A stretch of 64,000 bases of DNA from the human T2T-CHM13v2.0 reference genome, Homo sapiens, in the NCBI RefSeq assembly GCF_009914755.1, contig NC_060948.1, one strand, 5' to 3'. The position numbers and the translations under genes were made by a program. How positions within the stretch are numbered: position 1 is the first letter of the stretch; each line of letters starts with the position of its first letter. The notes beneath the pieces were generated by a model, which saw only the letters and a list, made by a program, of their open reading frames with translations, was not told the origin of the DNA and made no database searches. Below, piece after piece: positions 55,201-64,000 of the stretch.

Positions 55201-56520
55201 AACGAATGGAATGAAAAGAATGGAACGGAATGGAACGGAAAGGAATAGAATGTTATGGAATCCGATTGGACAGAATGGAATGGAATGGAGTTTCATGAAA
55301 TGGAGTGGAATAGAGTGGCATCAAAAGGAATGGAATGGAGTGGACTCAAAAGGAATGGACTCGAAAGGAATGGAGTCGAACCAAATTGAATCAAATGGAT
55401 TGGAGTCGAACAGAATGGAATGGAATGGAATGAACTCGACTGGAGTAGAGAGGAATGAAAAGGAATAGAATGGAATGTAATCAAATGGATTGCAAATGAA
55501 TGGAATCAAAAATAATAGAAAGGAATGGAGTGTAAAGGGATGATATTGAATTAAATGGAATGGAATGGAATTTAATGGAATGGAGTCGAAGGAATGGACA
55601 GGAATGTAATGGACTCCTATGGAATAGAATGGATCAAAATGGATTTGAACAGATTGGAATCGAACGGAATGGAATGCAATGAAATGGAATGGACTCGATC
55701 AGAACGGACTGGAGAGTAATGTACACAAATGGAATGGAAACGAAAGGAATGCAATGAAAAGGAATGGAATGCAATGGAATTGAAAGGAACGGAATCAAAT
55801 GGAATGGAATGGAATGGAATGGATTGGAATAGAATGGATTCAAATAAAATAGAATCGATTGCAATGGTATTGAATGGAAGGGACTTGAATGGAATGGAAA
55901 GCAATGGAAGATATTGGAATCGAATGGCATCGAATGAAATGGAATGGAACGGAATGGAACGGACCCGAATGGTATGGAATGGACTCAAATGTAATGGACT
56001 CGAATGGAATCGACTGAAATATAATAGACTCGAAAGGAATGGCCTCGAGCGGAATTTATTTGAATAGAATGGAATCAAATGGAATACAATAGTATAGAAT
56101 GGAATCAAATGGAATGGAATCGAATGGAATGTAATCAAATGGAATGGAACGGAATTCAATATAATGGAGTAGAATGGAATGCATTGGAAAGGAGCAGAGT
56201 GGAATCGAGTGGATTGGAATCGAGTGGAATGGAATCAAAGGGAACGAAATCGAATTGAATGGACTTGAATGGAATTGAGTCGAAAGGAATTGACTCGAAA
56301 GGAATGGACTGGAACAAAAAGGAATCAAATGGACAGGAATGGAATGGAATGGACTCGAATGGAATGGAGTCAAATGCAAACGCATCGAATGGAATGGATT
56401 CAAATGGAATGCAATTGAATGGAATAGAAAGGAAGAGAATGGAATTGAGAGTAATGGAAAGATATCGATTGGAATGAAATGGAATGGAAAGGAATTGAAT
56501 GGAAAGGAATGGACTCGAAA
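39610..56520 (+). repeat. Near-identical tandem duplication of a 6-unit, 8,252-bp block (2 copies)
   Basis: Anchors and ORFs offset by exactly 8252 (39975/48227 through 46854/55106), with the unit-length series 1378-1372-1383-1373-1373-1373 repeated. Private variants are shared: GAACGCGACT, CTCGATTGG, CAAATAAATAG, AGGGTGGC, ACGTATGG, CTCGGAAGG, CATGAAAAAAAATGG. Confidence 0.95.
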
Positions 56521-59500
56521 GAAATGGATTGGAATGGAATGGTCTCCAATGGAATGGACTGGAGTGGAATGCAATCGAATGGAAAGAAAAGAATGGAACG
56601 GAATGGAATGGAAAGGAATAGAATGTTATGGAATCCGATTGAACAGAATGGAATGGAATGCAGTTTCATGAAATGGAGTCGAATAGAGTGGCATCAAAAG
56701 GAATGGAATGGAGTGGACTCAAAAGGAATGGACTCGAAAGGAATGGAGTCGAACCAAATTGAATCAAATGGATTGGAGTCGAACAGAATGGAATGGAATG
56801 GAATGAACTCGACTGGAGTAGAGAGGAATGAAAAGGAATAGAATGGAATGTAATCAAATGGATTGCAAGTGAATGGAATCAAAAATAATAGAAAGGAATG
56901 GAGTGTAAAGGGATGATACTGAATTAAATGGAATGGAATGGAATTTAATGGAATGGAGTCGAAGGAATGGACAGGAATGTAATGGACTCCAATGGAATGG
57001 AATGGATCAAAATGGATTTGAACAGATTGAAATCGAACGGAATGGAATGCAATGAAATGGAATGGACTCGATCAGAACGGACTGGAGAGGAATGTACACA
57101 AATGGAATGGAAACGAAAGGAATGGAATGAAATGGAATGGAATGCAATGGAATTGAAAGGAACGGAATCAAATGGAATGGAATGGAATGGATTGGAATAG
57201 AATGGATTCAAATAAAATAGAATCGATTGCAATGGTATTGAATGGAAGGGACTTGAATGGAATGGAAAGCAATGGAAGATATTGGAATCGAATGGCATCG
57301 AATGAAATGGAATGGAACGGAATGGAACGGACCCGAATGGAATGGAATGGACTCAAATGTAATGGACTCGAATGGAATCGACTGAAATATAATAGACTCG
57401 AAAGGAATGGCCTCGAGCGGAATTTATTTGAATAGAATGGAATCAAATGGAATACAATAGTATAGAAAGGAATCGAATGGAATGGAATCGAATGGAATGT
57501 AATCAAATGGAATGGAACGGAATTCAATATAATGGAGTAGAATGGAATGCATTGGAAAGGAGCAGAGTGGAATCGAGTGGATTGGAATCGAGTGGAATGG
57601 AATCAAAGGGAACGAAATCGAATTGAATGGACTTGAATGGAATTGAGTCGAAAGGAATTGACTCGAAAGGAATGGACTGGAACAAAAAGGAATCAAATGG
57701 ACAGGAATGGAATGGAATGGACTCGAATGGAATGGAGTCAAATGCAAACGCATCGAATGGAATAGATTCAAATGGAATGCAATTGAATGGAATAGAAAGG
57801 AAGAGAATGGAATTGAGAGTAATGGAAAGATATCGATTGGAATGAAATGGAATGGAAAGGAATTGAATGGAAAGGAATGGACTCGAAAGAAATGGATTGG
57901 AATGGAATGGTCTCCAATGGAATGGACTGGAGTGGAATGCAATCGAATGGAAAGAAAAGAATGGAACGGAATGGAATGGAAAGGAATAGAATGTTATGGA
58001 ATCCGATTGAACAGAATGGAATGGAATGCAGTTTCATGAAATGGAGTCGAATAGAGTGGCATCAAAAGGAATGGAATGGAGTGGACTCAAAAGGAATGGA
58101 CTCGAAAGGAATGGAGTCGAACCAAATTGAATCAAATGGATTGGAGTCGAACAGAATGGAATGGAATGGAATGAACTCGACTGGAGTAGAGAGGAATGAA
58201 AAGGAATAGAATGGAATGTAATCAAATGGATTGCAAGTGAATGGAATCAAAAATAATAGAAAGGAATGGAGTGTAAAGGGATGATACTGAATTAAATGGA
58301 ATGGAATGGAATTTAATGGAATGGAGTCGAAGGAATGGACAGGAATGTAATGGACTCCAATGGAATGGAATGGATCAAAATGGATTTGAAGAGATTGGAA
58401 TGGAACGGAATGGAATGCAATGAAATGGAATGGACTCGATCAGAACGGACTGGAGAGGAATGTACACAAATGGAATGGAAACGAAAGGAATGGAATGAAA
58501 TGGAATGGAATGCAATGGAATTGAAAGGAACGGAATCAAATGGAATGGAATGGAATGGAATGGATTGGAATAGAATGGATTCAAATAAAATAGAATCGAT
58601 TGCAATGGTATTGAATGGAAGGGACTTGAATGGAATGGAAAGCAATGGAAGATATTGGAATCGAATGGCATCGAATGAAATGGAATGGAACGGAATGGAA
58701 CGGACCCGAATGGAATGGAATGGACTCAAATGTAATGGACTCGAATGGAATCGACTGAAATATAATAGACTCGAAAGGAATGGCCTCGAGCGGAATTTAT
58801 TTGAATAGAATGGAATCAAATGGAATACAATAGTATAAAATGGAATCGAATGGAATGGAATCGAATGGAATGTAATCAAACGGAATGGAACGGAATTCAA
58901 TATAATGGAGTAGAATGGAATGCATTGGAAAGTAGCAGAGTGGAATCGAGTGGATTGGAATCGATTGGAATGGAATCAAAGGGAACGAAATCGAATTGAA
59001 TGGACTTGAATGGAATTGAGTCGAAAGGAATTGACTCAAAAGGAATGGACTGGAACAAAAAGGAATCAAATGGACAGGAATGGAATGGAATGGACTCGAA
59101 TGGAATGGAGTCAATGCAAACGCATCGAATGGAATGGATTCAAATGGAATGCAATTGAATGGAATAGAAAGGAAGAGAATGGAATTGAGAGTAATGGAAA
59201 GATATCGATTGGAATGAAATGGAATGGAAAGGAATTGAATGGAAAGGAATGGACTCGAAAGAAATGGATTGGAATGGAATGGTCTCCAATGGAATGGACT
59301 GGAGTGGAATGCAATCGAATGGAAAGAAAAGAATGGAACGGAATGGAATGGAAAGGAATAGAATGTTATGGAATCCGATTGAACAGAATGGAATGGAATG
59401 CAGTTTCATGAAATGGAGTCGAATAGAGTGGTATAAAAGGAATGGAATGGAGTGGACTCAAAAGGAATGGACTCGAAAGGAATGGAGTCGAACCAAATTG

Positions 59501-62500
59501 AATCAAATGGATTGGAGTCGAACAGAATGGAATGGAATGGAATGAACTCGACTGGAGTAGAGAGGAATGAAAAGGAATAGAATGGAATGTAATCAAATGG
59601 ATTGCAAGTGAATGGAATCAAAAATAATAGAAAGGAATGGAGTGTAAAGGGATGATATTGAATTAAATGGAATGGAATGGAATTTAATGGAATGGAGTCG
59701 AAGGAATGGACAGGAATGTAATGGACTCCAATGGAATGGAATGGATCAAAATGTATTTGAACAGATTGGAATCGAACGGAATGGAATGCAATGAAATGGA
59801 ATGGACTCGATCAGAACGGACTGGAGAGGAATGTACACAAATGGAATGGAAACGAAAGGAATGGAATGAAATGGAATGGAATGCAATGGAATTGAAAGGA
59901 ACGGAATCAAATGGAATGGAATGGAATGGAATGGATTGGCATAGAATGGATTCAAATAAAATAGAATCGATTGCAATGGTATTGAATGGAAGGGACTTGA
60001 ATGGAATGGAAAGCAATGGAAGATATTGGAATCGAATGGCATCGAATGAAATGGAATGCAACGGAATGGAACGGACCCGAATGGTATGGAATGGACTCAA
60101 ATGTAATGGACTCGAATGGAATCGACTGAAATATAATAGACTCGAAAGGAATGGCCTCGAGCGGAATTTATTTGAATAGAATGGAATCAAATGGAATACA
60201 ATAGTATGGAATGGAATCGAATGGAATGGAATCGAATGGAATGTAATCAAATGGAATGGAACGGAATTCAATATAATGGAGTAGAATGGAATGCATTGGA
60301 AAGGAGCAGAGTGGAATCGAGTGGATTGGAATCGAGTGGAATGGAATCAAAGGGAACGAAATCGAATTGAATGGACTTGAATGGAATTGAGTCGAAAGGA
60401 ATTGACTCGAAAGGAATGGACTGGAACAAAAAGGAATCAAATGGACAGGAATGGAATGGAATGGACTCGAATGGAATGGAGTCAAATGCAAACGCATCGA
60501 ATGGAATGGATTCAAATGGAATGCAATTGAATGGAATAGAAAGGAAGAGAATGGAATTGAGAGTAATGGAAAGATATCGATTGGAATGAAATGGAATGGA
60601 AAGGAATTGAATGGAAAGGAATGGACTCGAAAGAAATGGATTGGAATGGAATGGTCTCCAATGGAATGGACTGGAGTGGAATGGAATCGAATGGAATGAA
60701 AAGAATGGAACGGAATGGAACGGAAAGGAATAGAATGTTATGGAATCCGATTGGACAGAATGGAATGGAATGCAGTTTCATGAAATGGAGTGGAATAGAG
60801 TGACATCAAAAGGAATGGAATGGAGTGGACTCAAAAGGAATGGACTCGAAAGGAATGGAGTCGAACCAAATTGAATCAAATGGATTGGAGTCGAACAGAA
60901 TGGAATGGAATGGAATGAACTCGACTGGAGTAGAGAGGAATGAAAAGGAATAGAATGGAATGTAATCAAATGGATTGCAAGTGAATGGAATCAAAAATAA
61001 TAGAAAGGAATGGAGTGTAAAGGGATGATATTGAATTAAATGGAATGGAATGGAATTTAATGGAATGGAGTCGAAGGAATGGACAGGAATGTAATGGACT
61101 CCAATGGAATGGAATGGATCAAAATGGATTTGAACAGATTGGAATGGAACGGAATGGAATGCAATGAAATGGAATGGACTCGATCAGAACGGACTGGAGA
61201 GGAATGTACACAAATGGAATGGAAACGAAAGGAATGGAATGAAATGGAATGGAATGCAATGGAATTGAAAGGAACGGAATCAAATGGAATGGAATGGAAT
61301 GGAATGGATTGGAATAGAATGGATTCAAATAAAATAGAATCGATTGCAATGGTATTGAATGGAAGGGACTTGAATGGAATGGAAAGCAATGGAAGAGATT
61401 GGAATCGAATGGCATCGAATGAAATGGAATGGAACGGAATGGAACGGACCCGAATGGAATGGAATGGACTCAAATGTAATGGACTCGAATGGAATCGACT
61501 GAAATATAATAGACTCGAAAGGAATGGCCTCGAGCGGAATTTATTTGAATAGAATGGAATCAAATGGAATACAATCGTATGGAATGGAATCGAATGGAAT
61601 GGAATCGAATGGAATGTAATCAAATGGAATGGAACGGAATTCAATATAATGGAGTAGAATGGAATGCATTGGAAAGGAGCAGAGTGGAATCGAGTGGATT
61701 GGAATCGAGTGGAATGGAATCAAAGGGAAACAAATCGAATTGAATGGACTTGAATGGAATTGAGTCGAAAGGAATTGACTCAAAAGGAATGGACTGGAAC
61801 AAAAAGGAATCAAATGGACAGGAATGGAATGGAAAGGACTCGAATGGAATGGAGTCAAATGCAAACGCATCGAATGGAATGGATTCAAATGGAATGCAAT
61901 TGAATGGAATAGAAAGGAAGAGAATGGAATTGAGAGTAATGGAAAGATATCGATTGGAATGAAATGGAATGGAAAGGAATTGAATGGAAAGGAATGGACT
62001 CGAAAGAAATGGATTGGAATGGAATGGTCTCCAATGGAATGGACTGGAGTGGAATGGAATCGAATGGAAAGAAAAGAATGGAACGGAATGGAACGGAAAG
62101 GAATAGAATGTTATGGAATCCGATTGGACAGAATGGAATGGAATGCAGTTTCATGAAATGAAGTCGAATAGAGTGGCATCAAAAGGAATGGAATGGAGTG
62201 GACTCAAAAGGAATGGACTCGAAAGGAATGGAGTCGAACCAAATTGAATCAAATGGATTGGAGTCGAACAGAATGGAATGGAATGGAATGAACTCGACTG
62301 GAGTAGAGAGGAATGAAAAGGAATAGAATGGAATGTAATCAAATGGATTGCAAGTGAATGGAATCAAAAATAATAGAAAGGAATGGAGTGTAAAGGGATG
62401 ATATTGAATTAAATGGAATGGAATGGAATTTAATGGAATGGAGTCGAAGGAATGGACAGGAATGTAATGGACTCCAATGGAATGGAATGGATCAAAATGG

Positions 62501-64000
62501 ATTTGAACAGATTGGAATGGAACGGAATGGAATGCAATGAAATGGAGTGGACTCGATCAGAACGGACTGGAGAGGAATGTACACAAATGGAATGGAAACG
62601 AAAGGAATGGAATGAAATGGAATGGAATGCAATGGAATTGAAAGGAACGGAATCAAATGGAATGGAATGGAATGGAATGGATTGGAATAGAATGGATTCA
62701 AATAAAATAGAATCGATTGCAATGGTATTGAATGGAAGGGACTTGAATGGAATGGAAAGCAATGGAAGATATTGGAATCGAATGGCATCGAATGAAATGG
62801 AATGGAACGGAATGGAACGGACCCGAATGGAATGGAATGGACTCAAATGTAATGGACTCGAATGGAATCGACTGAAATATAATAGACTCGAAAGGAATGG
62901 CCTCAAGCGGAATTTATTTGAATAGAATGGAATCAAATGGAATACAATAGTATAGAATGGAATCGAATGGAATGGAATCGAATGGAATGTAATCAAATGG
63001 AATGGAACGGAATTCAATATAATGGAGTAGAATGGAATGCATTGGAAAGGAGCAGAGTGGAATCGAGTGGATTGGAATCGAGTGGAATGGAATCAAAGGG
63101 AACGAAATCGAATTGAATGGACTTGAATGGAATTGAGTCGAAAGGAATTGACTCGAAAGGAATGGACTGGAACAAAAAGGAATCAAATGGACAGGAATGG
63201 AATGGAATGGACTCGAATGGAATGGAGTCAAATGCAAACGCATCGAATGGAATGGATTCAAATGGAATGCAATTGAATGGAATAGAAAGGAAGAGAATGG
63301 AATTGAGAGTAATGGAAAGATATCGATTGGAATGAAATGGAATGGAAAGGAATTGAATGGAAAGGAATGGACTCGAAAGAAATGGATTGGAATGGAATGG
63401 TCTCCAATGGAATGGACTGGAGTGGAATGCAATCGAATGGAAAGAAAAGAATGGAACGGAATGGAACGGAAAGGAATAGAATGTTATGGAATCCGATTGG
63501 ACAGAATGGAATGGAATGCAGTTTCATGAAATGGAGTCGAATAGAGTGTCATGAAAAGGAATGGAATGGAGTGGACTCAAAAGGAATGGACTCGAAAGGA
63601 ATGGAGTCGAACCAAATTGAATCAAATGGATTGGAGTCGAACAGAATGGAATGGAATGGAATGAACTCGACTGGAGAAGAGAGGAATGAAAAGGAATAGA
63701 ATGGAATGTAATCAAATGGATTGCAAGTGAATGGAATCAAAAATAATAGAAAGGAATGGAGCGTAAAGGGATGATATTGAATTAAATGGAATGGAATGGA
63801 ATTTAATGGAATGGAGTCGAAGGAATGGACAGGAATGTAATGGACTCCTATGGAATGGAATGGATCAAAATGGATTTGAACAGATTGGAATCGAACGGAA
63901 TGGAATGCAATGAAATGGAATGGACTCGATCAGAACGGACTGGAGAGGAATGTACACAAATGGAATGGAAACGAAAGGAATGCAATGAAAAGGAATGGAA

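Larger units (their letters stand above)
1..64000 (+). repeat. Satellite III (HSat3)-type (GGAAT)n pericentromeric/heterochromatic satellite array, human or great ape
   Basis: Continuous GGAAT pentamers with variants (GGACT, CGAAT, GGAGT, CAAAT, TGAAT, AGAAT) from end to end, purine-rich on the + strand throughout. I saw no HSat2-type ATCATC motifs and no CAACCCGAGT decamer. Confidence 0.96.
30925..64000 (+). repeat. Higher-order repeat array, right arm: ~24 tandem copies of the same ~1,373-bp unit
   Basis: Anchor at 31708, 33095, 34471, 35849, 37221, 38597, 39975, 41353, 42725, 44108, 45481, 46854, 48227, 49605, 50977, 52360, 53733, 55106, 56479, 57847, 59219, 60591, 61964 and 63337. Confidence 0.97.

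Noticed and set aside
1-64000. CRISPR-like or repeat-spacer array
   Set aside because: There is no constant direct repeat separated by unique spacers. Whole 1.37-kb units are duplicated, and the context is eukaryotic satellite DNA.
1-64000. Assignment to HSat2, alpha satellite, telomeric repeat, Y-chromosome DYZ1 or a specific chromosome
   Set aside because: I saw no ATCATC-type HSat2 motifs, no 171-bp monomer or CENP-B box and no TTAGGG. The 1.37-kb period differs from DYZ1's ~3.6 kb. Subfamily and chromosome need k-mer comparison to a T2T annotation.
1-64000. Strand inversion or large palindrome
   Set aside because: No ATTCC-dominated stretch occurs on the + strand. Only short (10 bp or less) palindromes are present.

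Overview
The whole 64-kb window is (GGAAT)n/(ATTCC)n satellite DNA of the human/great-ape Satellite III (HSat3) type, in a single orientation. I found no genes, transposons, RNA genes or inversions. All ORFs in the track are MEWNG/IPFHS-type read-throughs of the pentamer. The structure is layered. Pentamers are organised into a homogeneous ~1,373-bp higher-order unit, about 19.5 copies at 1-26,728 and about 24 copies at 30,925-64,000. These units are further grouped into multi-unit tandem duplications with periods of 4,118, 5,512, 4,126 and a near-identical 8,252 bp. The array is interrupted once by a ~4.2-kb divergent HSat3 block that leaves and re-enters the unit at the same register. This suggests the 1.37-kb unit may be an amplified sub-segment of an older ~5.6-kb repeat. 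Each unit also carries an HSE-like palindrome and a one-mismatch DUX4-like site, and one unit has a perfect DUX4 consensus match. Chromosome and subfamily cannot be assigned without a database search. All comparisons were made by eye, using the ORF track as anchors.
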